Part shown: in pieces, positions 24,918 through 35,762 of the stretch
Position numbering within the stretch: the stretch's first letter is position 1
Layout: every line of letters begins with the position of its first letter
Assembly: GCA_049852185.1 (NCBI GenBank)
Contig: CP187540.1
DNA: 64,000 bases
Direction: 5' to 3' (one strand)
Origin: Methanocaldococcus sp. 28A
GTDB taxonomy: Archaea > AGJL01 > Methanococci > Methanococcales > Methanocaldococcaceae
Position numbers and translations under genes: made by a program
The notes under the pieces: generated by a model
Databases searched by the model: none
What the model was told of the DNA's origin: nothing
What the model saw: only the letters and a program-made list of their open reading frames with translations

Positions 24918-25607
24918 ATGGATGCATGTTTGTTAATTTCATTAGCTGAAATAACTATTGCAGGAGCGATAATTAATGCAAGTGTCCATTTTATTCCTGT
25001 TGGAGGGGCTCCAGCAGCAATGGCTACTTCAACAGGAGTTGGGACAGGAACAACTCAGTTAGCAGCTGGGGCTGGTTTCACTGGATTGATGGCAGCTGCA
25101 GTAATGGCTTCAAATGTAGGAACTAGTAGTTTGGGACTCTTATTAATTTTATTATCTGGAGCTGTTGGTTCAATGATTATGCTTGGAGTGACAATGTTGA
25201 TTGGACAATTGATTTATGTATTTGGTGTTGGAGTAGTTCCTGCTGCAGATAAATGTGAGATAGATCCAATAACAAAAGATCCACAAAAACCTTACGTTAC
25301 CCCAGGAACTACAGGACACGGAATTCCAACTGTTTGTTTCATTAGTGGTTTAATAGGGGCAGCTTTAGGAGGAATTGGTGGAGGTTTGGCATATATAGCA
25401 TTGATAAAATTAGGATTCTCTCCAGCAGTAGCTGGAATGTTAGCAGTAGGTTTCTTCTTTATTAATGCAGTTCTTGCATCCTACAACATTGGAGGTACTA
25501 TTGAAGGTTTCCACGACCCAAAATTCAAGAAAATGCCTAATGGAGTTGTTGCATCATTAGTAGCTTCATTAGTTTGTGGAATAGTTGCAGTAGCAATGGC
25601 TTTATAA
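24918..25607 (+). CDS. mtrD: Mtr subunit D
   Basis: [25 protein letters not shown]. Confidence 0.98.
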   Translation: MDACLLISLAEITIAGAIINASVHFIPVGGAPAAMATSTGVGTGTTQLAAGAGFTGLMAAAVMASNVGTSSLGLLLILLSGAVGSMIMLGVTMLIGQLIYVFGVGVVPAADKCEIDPITKDPQKPYVTPGTTGHGIPTVCFISGLIGAALGGIGGGLAYIALIKLGFSPAVAGMLAVGFFFINAVLASYNIGGTIEGFHDPKFKKMPNGVVASLVASLVCGIVAVAMAL

Positions 25608-25627
25608 AAAAAATTTTTGGTGATAGG

Positions 25628-26425
25628 ATGTCACATGGTGGAGGAGGTCATGCAGCAGAACTTTATCCAGAAGAACAAATATTTGCATTTGGAATAGTTT
25701 TATCATTGATAGGTATTTATGCGGCACATTTCTTATCAGATTATGGTTTGTCAATGTTAATAGGAGGTTTATTAGTTTCAGCTGCATGTGTTGCTGGAGC
25801 AAACACAGTTAGAAAAGTAGCTGCTTATGGTTTGGGGACAGGGGTTCCGTCAATTGGTATGCTTAGTTTAGGTATGGGAACATTAGCTGCGGTAGCAGGA
25901 GTTTTAATTCCAAAAGCATTAGGAATTACTTATTTAATAGCTCCCATATTAACATTAATAATATCAGCAGTTGTTGGATTTATTGTTGGAAAATTAACAG
26001 TAAAACCAGTAGGAATGAAAATTCCAATTATGGTTAGGAGTATGACATTCTTATCCATAGCAGGAGCTATGGCATTATTAGGATTTACAACAGCTTATGT
26101 TGGAAGTTTAGAACCAAATATTTTTATTAAGGGTGCTTTAAACTCAGGGATTATGGCTTTAGCATTTATTGTTGCAGGTATGGCAATATTACACCCATTC
26201 AACGCATGTTTAGGGCCAAATGAAAGCCATAAAAGAACATTGACATTAGCAATTGCTTGTGGTTTAATAACTTGGTTTATATTCTCAGTAGTTAAATTAG
26301 ATGTTGTATCAATGGTAGTTTCAATAGTATTGTGGGCAATTGTATATGTGAAATTTGTTAAGATGTCATTTAAAGATGCATGTGCAGTTCTATATACTCC
26401 AGAAATTCCTAAGAAGGAAGAGTAA
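25628..26425 (+). CDS. mtrC: Mtr subunit C
   Basis: [22 protein letters not shown]; start MSHGGG. Confidence 0.97.
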   Translation: MSHGGGGHAAELYPEEQIFAFGIVLSLIGIYAAHFLSDYGLSMLIGGLLVSAACVAGANTVRKVAAYGLGTGVPSIGMLSLGMGTLAAVAGVLIPKALGITYLIAPILTLIISAVVGFIVGKLTVKPVGMKIPIMVRSMTFLSIAGAMALLGFTTAYVGSLEPNIFIKGALNSGIMALAFIVAGMAILHPFNACLGPNESHKRTLTLAIACGLITWFIFSVVKLDVVSMVVSIVLWAIVYVKFVKMSFKDACAVLYTPEIPKKEE

Positions 26426-26434
26426 GGTGGAAAT

Positions 26435-26758
26435 ATGGAAATTGTTAAGGTATGTCCTGAACTTGACATTGTTATGGAAGTTAATTCTGGTTTAGTAGCG
26501 GAGATGAGAAAAGATATCCTTGTAGTTGATTTGATTCATGTAGAAGAAAGAATTCAGAAGTTAGAAAAATTGGTTACTGCATTAGAGAATTCATTAGATC
26601 CAAGATATTCACCATTAAACTCCTTTCCAAATAGAGAAGGAGTTTATGCAATAGCTGGTTATTTTAAAGGAATATTCTTTGGATTTTGGATAACATTAGC
26701 AATAATGACACTAGCAATACTAACAATAATTAGATTGTTTCCAGGTTTAATTCAATAA
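26435..26758 (+). CDS. mtrB: Mtr subunit B
   Basis: SLDP...PNREG, C-terminal TM helix; operon position. Confidence 0.93.
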   Translation: MEIVKVCPELDIVMEVNSGLVAEMRKDILVVDLIHVEERIQKLEKLVTALENSLDPRYSPLNSFPNREGVYAIAGYFKGIFFGFWITLAIMTLAILTIIRLFPGLIQ

Positions 26759-26772
26759 GGAGGTGCTAAAAC

Positions 26773-27498
26773 ATGGTAAACAAAAAACCCCCAGCACCAG
26801 GATGGCCAATTGTTTCTGGGGAATATGTTGTCGGTAACCCAGAGAGCTGTGTTGGAGTAGTAACACTTGGTTCTCATGGTTTAGAACAAGCTTGTGTTGA
26901 TGCTGGAGCTGCTATAGCAGGACCTTGCCACACAGAAAACTTAGGTATTGAAAAAGTCATAGTAAACTATATATCAAACCCAAACATTAGATTCATGATT
27001 CTCTGTGGTTCAGAAGTTCAGGGACATTTAACAGGACAGTGTTTCAAAGCTTTATGGGAAAACGGTATTGGAGATGATGGAGGAATCATTGGAGCGAAAG
27101 GGGCTATTCCATTCTTAGAAAACGTTGATAAAGAAGCTGTCGAGAGATTTAGAAGACAAATAGTTGAAGTAATTGATTTAATCGACGTTGAAGACATTGG
27201 TAAAATAACCCAAGCAATAAAAGAATGTATAAGTAAAGACCCAGGAGCTATCGACGAAGACCCAATGATTATCGATTTAGAAGGTGGAGGGGGAGGAGGA
27301 GAGGAAGAAGGAGCTACTGTAAAACCAACCTCCCCAGAGATTGCACTAATAGAAGCAAGAATGAGAATTATATCTGAAAAAATTAATAATGCTGCATTAC
27401 TTACAAAATATAACTCAGGATATTACAACGGAAAAATTCAGGGAATAGCAATAGGATTATTTATTTCAATATTGCTATTTGCCCTCATTAGTATTTAA
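26773..27498 (+). CDS. mtrA: Mtr subunit A (corrinoid-binding)
   Basis: [27 protein letters not shown]. Confidence 0.98.
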   Translation: MVNKKPPAPGWPIVSGEYVVGNPESCVGVVTLGSHGLEQACVDAGAAIAGPCHTENLGIEKVIVNYISNPNIRFMILCGSEVQGHLTGQCFKALWENGIGDDGGIIGAKGAIPFLENVDKEAVERFRRQIVEVIDLIDVEDIGKITQAIKECISKDPGAIDEDPMIIDLEGGGGGGEEEGATVKPTSPEIALIEARMRIISEKINNAALLTKYNSGYYNGKIQGIAIGLFISILLFALISI

Positions 27499-27520
27499 TT
27501 CAACAAGGAGGTGCTAAAAC

Positions 27521-27763
27521 ATGGCAAACGACGGTGGAGAGGGAGCTTTTGAAATTAAGGGTATTCCAAGTGTTGTTGAGCCGGATTTAGAATACTGTGA
27601 TAAACTTTTAAAAAAGTTGGAATACAAAGTAGGATTAATGTCAAGAGACCTTGGTTTATCTTCAGGAGTATTTACAAAATCAACACATGGGGTTATTATA
27701 GGTTCAGTTATAGCATTTGTGTTGGTAATTATTCCTGTTATATTAAAAATGGTTATAGGGTGA
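27521..27763 (+). CDS. mtrF: Mtr subunit F with short N-terminal extension
   Basis: LEYKVGLMSRDLGLSSG plus TM helix; between mtrA and mtrG. Confidence 0.88.
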   Translation: MANDGGEGAFEIKGIPSVVEPDLEYCDKLLKKLEYKVGLMSRDLGLSSGVFTKSTHGVIIGSVIAFVLVIIPVILKMVIG

Positions 27764-27767
27764 TTGA

Positions 27768-27998
27768 ATGAGTGAAATTCCTACTGTCATTACCCCTAAA
27801 GAAGATTTTAAAAGATTAATGGAAAAACTTGATGAACTTGAAGAAAAAGTAGAAAATACAAATGCTGAAATATTCCAAAGAGCAGGTAAAAAAGTCGGGA
27901 GAGATGTAGGAATTGCCTATGGTTTAATTATTGGAACAATAATATCAATTATATTACCATATTTAATCAAAGTTATGAATTATATGATGAACATTTAA
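27768..27998 (+). CDS. mtrG: Mtr subunit G
   Basis: LDELEEKVE...QRAGKKVGRDVGIAYG. Confidence 0.96.
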   Translation: MSEIPTVITPKEDFKRLMEKLDELEEKVENTNAEIFQRAGKKVGRDVGIAYGLIIGTIISIILPYLIKVMNYMMNI

Positions 27999-28017
27999 AT
28001 AAAGATGGGGTGGTATT

Positions 28018-28977
28018 ATGTTCAAATTTGAAAAAGAACAGATGGTTATAGAGATTGGAGGAAGAAAAATCGGAGGGCAGCCAGGAGAATATCCAACAGC
28101 TTTATCAGGAACAATCTTCTACGCAAGACACAAGATTGTTGAAGATGAAAAAAAAGGTATATTTGATAAAGCAGCAGCGGAAGATTTAATCAATAAACAA
28201 GCAGAGATGGAGGATATTACAGGAAACCCTGCATTAGTCCAAATATTTGGAGGTACGCCTGAAGCATTAGTTAAATACATTGATTTCGTTGCTGAAATTT
28301 GGGATGGTCCAATGTTACTGGACTCAACAGCAAAAGAGGCAAGAATGGCTGCTGCAAAAAGAGCTACTGAAGCAGGATATGCTAATCAATGTATTTACAA
28401 CTCTATCAACGTTTCTATTGATGATGAAGAGTTCCAAAACTTAGTAGAAAGTGATTTGGAGGCATCAATTATCTTATGTTTCGACCCAATGGATCCAAGT
28501 GTTGAAGGGAAAATTAATGTTCTATTAAATGGTGGAAAAACAGCAGATAAAGGAATGTTAGAATTAGCTGAAAAAGCAGGAATTAAATGCCCATTAATTG
28601 ACGTTGCAGTTACACCATTAGGAAATGGAGCAGGTAACGCGGTTAGGGCATCATTTGCTGTTAAAGCAAAACTAGGAATGCCTGTAGGAAGTGGTATTCA
28701 CAACATTCCATCAGCATGGGACTGGTTAAGAACATTTAGAAAACAGTTAAGAGAGAGTGGTAATACACAATTAGCTAAAGATGTTCATCATGTTTGTGAC
28801 ATTGGAGCAAACTTAGTCCAAGTTATGGCAGCAGGTGATTTTGTTTTATATGGTCCTATAGACAACGCTCAATTAACATTCCCTGCGGTAGCTATGGTTG
28901 ATATGGTTATTGCAGAAGCTGCTAAAGATTTAGGTATAAATCCAGTAGATTCACATCCATTTAATAAACTATTATAA
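28018..28977 (+). CDS. mtrH: Mtr subunit H
   Basis: GGQPGEYPT, IYNSIN, GSGIHNIPSAWDWL. Confidence 0.98.
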   Translation: MFKFEKEQMVIEIGGRKIGGQPGEYPTALSGTIFYARHKIVEDEKKGIFDKAAAEDLINKQAEMEDITGNPALVQIFGGTPEALVKYIDFVAEIWDGPMLLDSTAKEARMAAAKRATEAGYANQCIYNSINVSIDDEEFQNLVESDLEASIILCFDPMDPSVEGKINVLLNGGKTADKGMLELAEKAGIKCPLIDVAVTPLGNGAGNAVRASFAVKAKLGMPVGSGIHNIPSAWDWLRTFRKQLRESGNTQLAKDVHHVCDIGANLVQVMAAGDFVLYGPIDNAQLTFPAVAMVDMVIAEAAKDLGINPVDSHPFNKLL

Positions 28978-29124
28978 AGATTTCTATTTCTAATATTATT
29001 CTCTTCTATTTAATCGTTTAGTTTTTTTCTTCGATAAATACTTTGTATAACATATTATGAAGTTAGCAATAAGGTACATAAAACTGAAAAAGAGATATAA
29101 TCTATATATGACTGACGATGTGTT

Positions 29125-29210
29125 TATATTAATGTTTATATTAATAATAAAAATATGATGCCAAAGGCATCAAAAGTGCTTTTTAATATTTATTTCTGCG
29201 AAAGTCCTAT
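29125..29210. repeat. Truncated MITE-like family A copy (one TIR only)
   Basis: tgatgccaaaggcatca hairpin and ctgcgaaagtcctat end; left boundary approximate. Confidence 0.65.
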
Positions 29211-29229
29211 TATACCTACGTTCGATAAA

Positions 29230-29385
29230 GTGTTATCTACTGAGCTCTACGAATAAATATTCCCAACTTTTTAGCAATATCTCTCATTCTAAATCCTTTT
29301 TTCTTCTATCTAATAATATTCTTAATCTTTATCTTTTTATATTAACCTCATATTATTTATAGGTGCAAAATATTTTTGGGATACA
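29230..29385 (-). pseudogene. IS481-like left-end relic
   Basis: Minus strand begins TGTATCCCAAAAATATTTTGCA, then degenerate HTH-coding sequence similar to about 50500-50673. Confidence 0.65.
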
Positions 29386-29449
29386 AGATTTAAAAGTTTA
29401 GATTAACATTATTAAAAATAGAAACTTTGATAGTTTTGTGCAAAGTGAG

Positions 29450-30322
29450 ATGATGAAATATCTCATCTTAAAAATAACAAACAGATGTAATTTAAATTGC
29501 ATTTATTGTTATTCATCCAATAAAAGCAATAAAGATATGGATTTTGAAACTGCTAAGAATGCAGTTGATTATATACTAAAAATAGATGATAAGGTAAAAA
29601 TCCAATTTACTGGTGGGGAGCCACTTTTGAATTTTGATTTAATTGAGAAAATAATAAATTATTGCAATGAAAATTATTTCAATAAATATATTTCTTATGC
29701 AATACAAACAAATGGAACTTTACTAAATGAAGAGATTATTAAAAAAATTAAGGATTTAGACATAAAAATAGGAATTAGCATAGATGGTTTAGAGGTAAAT
29801 GATATACTAAGACCATACAAAAACAAAAAACCTTCAACAATAGACACATTAAAAGGTATCTATCTTTTAAAAGAACACAATATCCCTTTTGGTGTAACAA
29901 CAGTTGTAACAAACAAAAATCTACATTATATTAAAGAATTTGTTGAATATTTAATTGCCTTAGAAATAAAAAGTGTAAGTTTTGATTTATTAAAGCCAAA
30001 GAAAACGGAACATTTAAAATTAATGCCAAATGAAGAGGAATTTAATAGAATTTTGAATGAGTTAAAAGATTATCCAATATATATTAAGAACATACAGAGA
30101 AAAGAAAAACTAAAGGACGGTAAAAAATACTGTTTTTTAAATAGTGGAGACTTGTTATTTGTCAATGAGTTTGGAGATATTTATCCCTGCCCAACATTGG
30201 AAGGGTATTTTTATATGGGCAATATAAATAAAATTGATAAAGAAAACCTAAAATTATTTAAAGTTGATTGTAATAATTATTGTTTTGCAAGAAAGTTTTT
30301 GATAGATAAATTAAGGAGATAA
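29450..30322 (+). CDS. Radical SAM protein with short Twitch-like C-terminus
   Basis: CNLNCIYC, FTGGEPLL, IQTNG, ISIDG, GDIYPC. Confidence 0.9.
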   Translation: MMKYLILKITNRCNLNCIYCYSSNKSNKDMDFETAKNAVDYILKIDDKVKIQFTGGEPLLNFDLIEKIINYCNENYFNKYISYAIQTNGTLLNEEIIKKIKDLDIKIGISIDGLEVNDILRPYKNKKPSTIDTLKGIYLLKEHNIPFGVTTVVTNKNLHYIKEFVEYLIALEIKSVSFDLLKPKKTEHLKLMPNEEEFNRILNELKDYPIYIKNIQRKEKLKDGKKYCFLNSGDLLFVNEFGDIYPCPTLEGYFYMGNINKIDKENLKLFKVDCNNYCFARKFLIDKLRR

Positions 30323-30323
30323 A

Positions 30324-31076
30324 ATGATAGGTATCTCAACAAGCGTATTTGCAAACTCAAATACAAAGTTGGAAGATGCTTTATCAATTTTAGAGAAGAA
30401 AACAAGATATGCTGAACTAATTTGTGATGGTTATTTGAATGTTATGGAAAACTCTGAAGTTCCGCTTTCTTTTGATTTGAAATATACATTACACTGCCCA
30501 CTTTCAGATATGAACTTATCTTCTTTTAGGGAAAAGGTTAGAAAAACAAGCGTAGAGATTGTTGAAGATATTTTAAAGGTTGCTGATGAAGTTAATGCCT
30601 CATTAATAGTTCTTCATCCTGGTTATTGTATCTTTGAGGAAGATTATTTTAAGGCATTAAATGCTTTAAAAAAGTCCATAATTGAGTTAAATGAACTTCA
30701 AAATGAATATTCCATAAAAATAACAATAGAGAATATGCCATCTTATAGTATGTTTATGTTTAGGGAGCCAATTGATGAAATTATTGAAATTTTGGGAGAT
30801 GTTAGAATAACCTTTGATATTGGTCATTCCTTTTTAAATAAAAACATTGATGCTTTTTTAAATTATAAAATCATTGATAAAATTGCTCATATTCATATCC
30901 ATGATAACAATGGAGAGTTTGATGAGCATCTATGCATAGGGAAAGGAAAGATTGACTTTGAAAATTATAGTAAAATATTGAGGAAAATAAATTGCATAAA
31001 AATGATTGAACTGCAGTATAAAAGTATTAATGAGTTAGATTTATGCATTGAAAGGGCTAAAAAGCTATTTGGGTGA
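30324..31076 (+). CDS. Sugar-phosphate isomerase/AP-endonuclease-2 family TIM barrel protein
   Basis: VLHPG, IENMP, FDIGHS, HIHDNNGEFDEHL. Confidence 0.85.
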   Translation: MIGISTSVFANSNTKLEDALSILEKKTRYAELICDGYLNVMENSEVPLSFDLKYTLHCPLSDMNLSSFREKVRKTSVEIVEDILKVADEVNASLIVLHPGYCIFEEDYFKALNALKKSIIELNELQNEYSIKITIENMPSYSMFMFREPIDEIIEILGDVRITFDIGHSFLNKNIDAFLNYKIIDKIAHIHIHDNNGEFDEHLCIGKGKIDFENYSKILRKINCIKMIELQYKSINELDLCIERAKKLFG

Positions 31077-31080
31077 TGTT

Positions 31081-31854
31081 ATGAAAGAGTTAGTTTATGA
31101 TTTAGATGATTGGAAAGCATATAAAATTCCTCATACTGTCGAGATAGATAATGAGATTGAGAAAACAAAGACATTAATAATTGAGTTTGATAAAAGAAGG
31201 AGAGTTTTATCTACAAGAGAAGGATTTAAGGTAGTTAAATATGTAGGAAACCATTCTATTCCAGAAAAGTTTTGGGATAAAGTTCATAACTATAAAGATT
31301 ATGAAAATCAGGTTTTGAATAAAATTGGTATTAAAAAGGATGATATTGCTTTGTTATCTACTGGAGCAAATATGGATAATTTGGCAATTGCAAAGGAGGA
31401 ATTTGATGAATTTTATGTTATAGCATTTACAACCGCTGGGGCAAAATACAACGCTATAAGATTGGGAGATGAAGAAGCGGATTATATAGAGAAGGATTTC
31501 AAAACCTACAAAATTAAAAATGGAAAATTAATCCCTAAGGAAGAGATTGGGACTGTTAATATTATTTTAATAACAAATGCAAACCTAACAGATGGAGCAA
31601 TGGCGAGAGCTATAATAACTATTACAGAGGCAAAAACAAATGCCTTCCAAGAGTTGGATATAAGAAGCACTAAACATCCTGAACTTCAAGCAACTGGAAC
31701 TGGAACTGATAATGTCATTGTTGTTGGTGGTTTTGGAAGGGGAGTTAATTACACAGGAGGGCATACTAAGATTGGAGAAATGATTGCAAAGGCTGTAAAA
31801 AGAAGTGTAAAAGAGGCATTAATTAAACAGGATAAATTAGATGTAAAATATTAA
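31081..31854 (+). CDS. cbiZ: Adenosylcobinamide amidohydrolase (CbiZ) family protein
   Basis: TGANMDN, TTAG..NA, GTVNIIL, TEAKT, ATGTGTD. Confidence 0.8.
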   Translation: MKELVYDLDDWKAYKIPHTVEIDNEIEKTKTLIIEFDKRRRVLSTREGFKVVKYVGNHSIPEKFWDKVHNYKDYENQVLNKIGIKKDDIALLSTGANMDNLAIAKEEFDEFYVIAFTTAGAKYNAIRLGDEEADYIEKDFKTYKIKNGKLIPKEEIGTVNIILITNANLTDGAMARAIITITEAKTNAFQELDIRSTKHPELQATGTGTDNVIVVGGFGRGVNYTGGHTKIGEMIAKAVKRSVKEALIKQDKLDVKY

Positions 31855-34800
31855 AGTTTCTCTTCTATCATTCCCTCAATTTCTAAGTATTTCTTTCTTA
31901 ATTTTTCTTTTGTCTCTTCATCTGCCTTCCACATGCCTCTTTCAATAGCCTCTAATAACACCTCAGTTATATTTAATAGAGCATAAGGATTATTTTCTTT
32001 AAAGAACTCTTCCATTTCCTTATCAAAAACATATTTTTCAGCAATCTTTTCATACATCCAATCATCTATTATGTTTGAGGTTGCATCCCATTGGAACATA
32101 TGCTCAATATACTTTGAGAAATCACTCGCCCCTTTGTATCCATGCTTCTTCATTCCTTCAATCCACTTTGGGTTCATTATTTTTGTTCTAAATATTTGCT
32201 TTCCCTCCTCTTTCAAATGTTTTGTTTTTATTTTATTTGGATTTGATGTATCTCCAATATAGCTCTTTGGTTGCTTGCCAGAATAATAAGTTACTGCTGC
32301 AATCATTCCACCATGATAACTGTTGAAGTCATCTCCTTCAAATATATCCCATTCTTGGCTATCTTCATTTTTAACTGTTAATTCAATCTTTGAGAGCCTA
32401 TTGATAAATTCCTCCTTAGCTTCAATACCATAAATACCTTTTCCATAAGCATAACCTCCCCATTCAACATAAACCTTTGCTAAATCTTCCAAAGATTTCC
32501 AGTTCTTCTCAGTCAATAAATCTGCAACTCCAGCCCCATAACATCCCGGCTTGCATCCAAATATTCTATATAAAGATGTTTCTCTTGCAGTTTTCTCATC
32601 CATACCCTTCTTTAATTTTTCTTCAACCTCCTGCTTATAGTGTTTTTTTACATAATTCATTTCATCTGGCTCATCTAAATTTGCAACAGTCCTTATTGCC
32701 TCATCAATTAAGTCAATAACCTGTGGAAAAGTGTCTCTAAATAAGCCGCTAATTCTTAAAGTCACATCAATTCTTGGTCTTCCTAATTCTTCCAATGGAA
32801 TAACCTCTATTCCCACAACTCTACCCATTTTATTCCAAACTGGCTTAACTCCAAGCAAATACAAAATCTCTCCAATATCATCTCCCTTTGTCCTCATTGT
32901 AGGAGAGCCCCAAACGATAATTCCTAAATACTCGGGATATTTGCCCTCTTCCTCCAAATACTTATTAATCAAATCATCAGCCAATCTCTTTCCCATTTCA
33001 TAGGCACTTTTTGTTGGAATCTCTTGAGGATTGCATGAATAGAAGTTTCTTCCTGTAGGAAGGCAATTAATATCTTTTGTTGGAGCTCCTGCTATTCTTG
33101 GTGGGACATATTTCCCTTCCAAGGCATTTATGGCATTTTCAATCTCTTCATTTACTCTCATTAAATTCCTATATATTTTTGAGATAGTTTTTAAGATTTC
33201 TCTTAGTTCAGAATTAATTTTTATTGTTTTTAGTTCATTAATTTTGCTCTCATCAAAATTGTATTCCATATACTCCTTCAATAAATTTAATCCAATTTCA
33301 TTTATCTTATCAATAATTTTGTGATTTTTTCCTTTCTCCTCATTTAGTTCATCCCAATCATATCCCAAAATCTCTGCTAATTTTTCTAAATAATTAAACT
33401 GGTATCTAATAATCATAAAAAGCATATTAACTAATTTTTCTCCAGTTAATGGAACTCCCATAATATGCAATCCTTCATTTATTTGCCTATTTTTTAAATC
33501 CTCTAAGTAATCGTGAATTTTATTTAAAAGATTTTCAAAATTCTCTTCATTAATATTCTCATCTATAATCTTTCCATCCATCAAATCCTCATCTAACTTT
33601 AATTCTTTAATTTTATTTATAATATTTTTCTTTAAAAAGTTCTTCTTTTCTTTATTATCTACTTCATAATATTCATCTATTTCTCTTTCTAACTCAGCTA
33701 ACTCCCCATACAAATCAGATGTTGTCATTGGAGGAATTAAGTGGCTTATTATTGTTGCATAACTCCTTCTCTTCGCCTGTGTTCCTTCTCCGGGATTATT
33801 TACAATGTATGGATATATATTAGGAAGTTCCATACAAATATCTGGATAGCAATTTTTTGATAAACCTGCTCCCTTTCCTGGAAGCCATTCTAAACTTCCA
33901 TGCTTCCCTATATGCATTACTGCATCTGCTTTAAAAACATCCTTAATCCATTTGTAAAAGGCAATATAATAGTGTGTTGGTGGCATATCTGGAGAATGAT
34001 AAATTGCAGAAGGATTCTCTCCAAAGCCCCTTGGTGGTTGAACAGAGATGAAGATATTTCCATTTATTATTCCTGGAATTATTAATTCTCCATCAAAATT
34101 CATAACTTCCCCAGGAATTGCTCCCCAATTTTTGATTAATTCTTCCTTCACTTTCTCAGATAATGAGTTGAACCATTTTTCATAATCTTCTTTCTTAACT
34201 TTTCCCACGGCCTTTTTTATAACCTCTTCTGTCAAAAATCTCTTATCATTTGTTGCATAGTTTAGCATTTTTTTAATTAATTCAGTTCCATTTTCATAGA
34301 GTTCATCAACGACAAAACCCCTCTTTTTTAATTCTTTTAATATATTTAAAACACTTTCTGGGCTATCTAATCCAAAGGCACTTGCAATTTTATCATTTCT
34401 TGGTGGATAGTTGTGGAAAATTATTGCTATCCTTTTTTCATTGTTTGGTTTTAACTTTAAATTTGCATATTTTATAGCTAAATCAACAATCTTCTCAGCT
34501 CTATCTTTTATTGATTTGTATTTTATAATTGGAACTCCAACATCTCCATCTTTAACCTTTTTCTTTCCACCTATTGGGAAATGTATTATTGCCCCATCAA
34601 ATTCAGGCATAGCCATTCCAATAACTAAGTCAATAGGATTAATTCCTGATATTGACTTCTCCCAATCTTCAATAAATCCAGTGCTTACAATCCCTTGCAA
34701 AATAGGAACATCTAAATTTTTTAAAAATTCTGGTTCATCTTTTAAGATATCTGCTTTTACTCCCATAGATAAGGTAAACATGGTTGTGTTTATTAAAGTA

Positions 34801-35552
34801 TGAATAAATGGCTTTCCATCTTTATAGAAAAATTTTTTAAACACCTCTAATGTTCCAATAGCTCCTAATTCATTTTTTAAATGAGATGTAAAGACGGCAA
34901 CAGGTATCGCTCCTTTATCTTCAATAATTTGAATTAAATCGTTGATATAATCAATATTATTTGCAATAAACCAATTTCTATAAAATAAAACTCCAATTAT
35001 TGGTTTGCCATTTATATCTTTTCCAATTTCTTTTAAATAATCTAAATAATCCTCTAAAGTTTCAAAGTATTTGTTTTTGTAATAAATTCCTTGCCATGGC
35101 ATTGGTTTTGGTTCTTCATAGGGGATGTTTTTATCTCCAAATGTATTTGCTAAATATAATAATAGATTTTTGTAATTTTCAACTCCTTCATAGCCCAAAT
35201 ATTTGATAACCTTTAACTTAACTTCTTCACTTACAGTTGTTGCCTCATCCAAGTCAGGATGAATTTCATTTAAAGTAGGAAGGGGTAAGAAGGGAATGTT
35301 ATGTTTATCAACAAATGCTTTTAATTCATCAAAATATCTAAATGCACTTTTACCACCCATGAGTTTTGTAAATACAATGTTAGCATCTTTAATAAATTCT
35401 AAGAACTCTTTAAACTCTTCCTCGCTACATTTATAGTCTAATATTTTAAATTCAATTCCATATTTTTTTACGTCCTTGTATGCCTCTTCAAAAACTAAAT
35501 CATCACTATCAACAGTTGAAACAAACCCTATCTTTATCATAATTTTCACCAT
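31851..35552 (-). CDS. cobN: Cobaltochelatase subunit CobN
   Basis: HIGKHGSLEWLPGK, NPGEGTQAKRR, LPTGRNFY, RPRIDVT.RISGLFRD. Confidence 0.95.
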   Translation of the reverse strand: MVKIMIKIGFVSTVDSDDLVFEEAYKDVKKYGIEFKILDYKCSEEEFKEFLEFIKDANIVFTKLMGGKSAFRYFDELKAFVDKHNIPFLPLPTLNEIHPDLDEATTVSEEVKLKVIKYLGYEGVENYKNLLLYLANTFGDKNIPYEEPKPMPWQGIYYKNKYFETLEDYLDYLKEIGKDINGKPIIGVLFYRNWFIANNIDYINDLIQIIEDKGAIPVAVFTSHLKNELGAIGTLEVFKKFFYKDGKPFIHTLINTTMFTLSMGVKADILKDEPEFLKNLDVPILQGIVSTGFIEDWEKSISGINPIDLVIGMAMPEFDGAIIHFPIGGKKKVKDGDVGVPIIKYKSIKDRAEKIVDLAIKYANLKLKPNNEKRIAIIFHNYPPRNDKIASAFGLDSPESVLNILKELKKRGFVVDELYENGTELIKKMLNYATNDKRFLTEEVIKKAVGKVKKEDYEKWFNSLSEKVKEELIKNWGAIPGEVMNFDGELIIPGIINGNIFISVQPPRGFGENPSAIYHSPDMPPTHYYIAFYKWIKDVFKADAVMHIGKHGSLEWLPGKGAGLSKNCYPDICMELPNIYPYIVNNPGEGTQAKRRSYATIISHLIPPMTTSDLYGELAELEREIDEYYEVDNKEKKNFLKKNIINKIKELKLDEDLMDGKIIDENINEENFENLLNKIHDYLEDLKNRQINEGLHIMGVPLTGEKLVNMLFMIIRYQFNYLEKLAEILGYDWDELNEEKGKNHKIIDKINEIGLNLLKEYMEYNFDESKINELKTIKINSELREILKTISKIYRNLMRVNEEIENAINALEGKYVPPRIAGAPTKDINCLPTGRNFYSCNPQEIPTKSAYEMGKRLADDLINKYLEEEGKYPEYLGIIVWGSPTMRTKGDDIGEILYLLGVKPVWNKMGRVVGIEVIPLEELGRPRIDVTLRISGLFRDTFPQVIDLIDEAIRTVANLDEPDEMNYVKKHYKQEVEEKLKKGMDEKTARETSLYRIFGCKPGCYGAGVADLLTEKNWKSLEDLAKVYVEWGGYAYGKGIYGIEAKEEFINRLSKIELTVKNEDSQEWDIFEGDDFNSYHGGMIAAVTYYSGKQPKSYIGDTSNPNKIKTKHLKEEGKQIFRTKIMNPKWIEGMKKHGYKGASDFSKYIEHMFQWDATSNIIDDWMYEKIAEKYVFDKEMEEFFKENNPYALLNITEVLLEAIERGMWKADEETKEKLRKKYLEIEGMIEEKL

Positions 35553-35762
35553 TTAGATATTTAGATTAAGTTAAATAATTATTAAGTAATTTTGATAAAA
35601 TATATCTGGTACTTATTATTGGTATTTTAATGATTTTTCATGTGCTATATCCCAGTTGGCTTTCCTTACTTCAGTATCTCCGAATATCATAAAAAAATAA
35701 ATAGAAAAGTTAATATTTTATAATATCGAATAGTTATCAAAAAAATAGAAGGGGATAGAACT

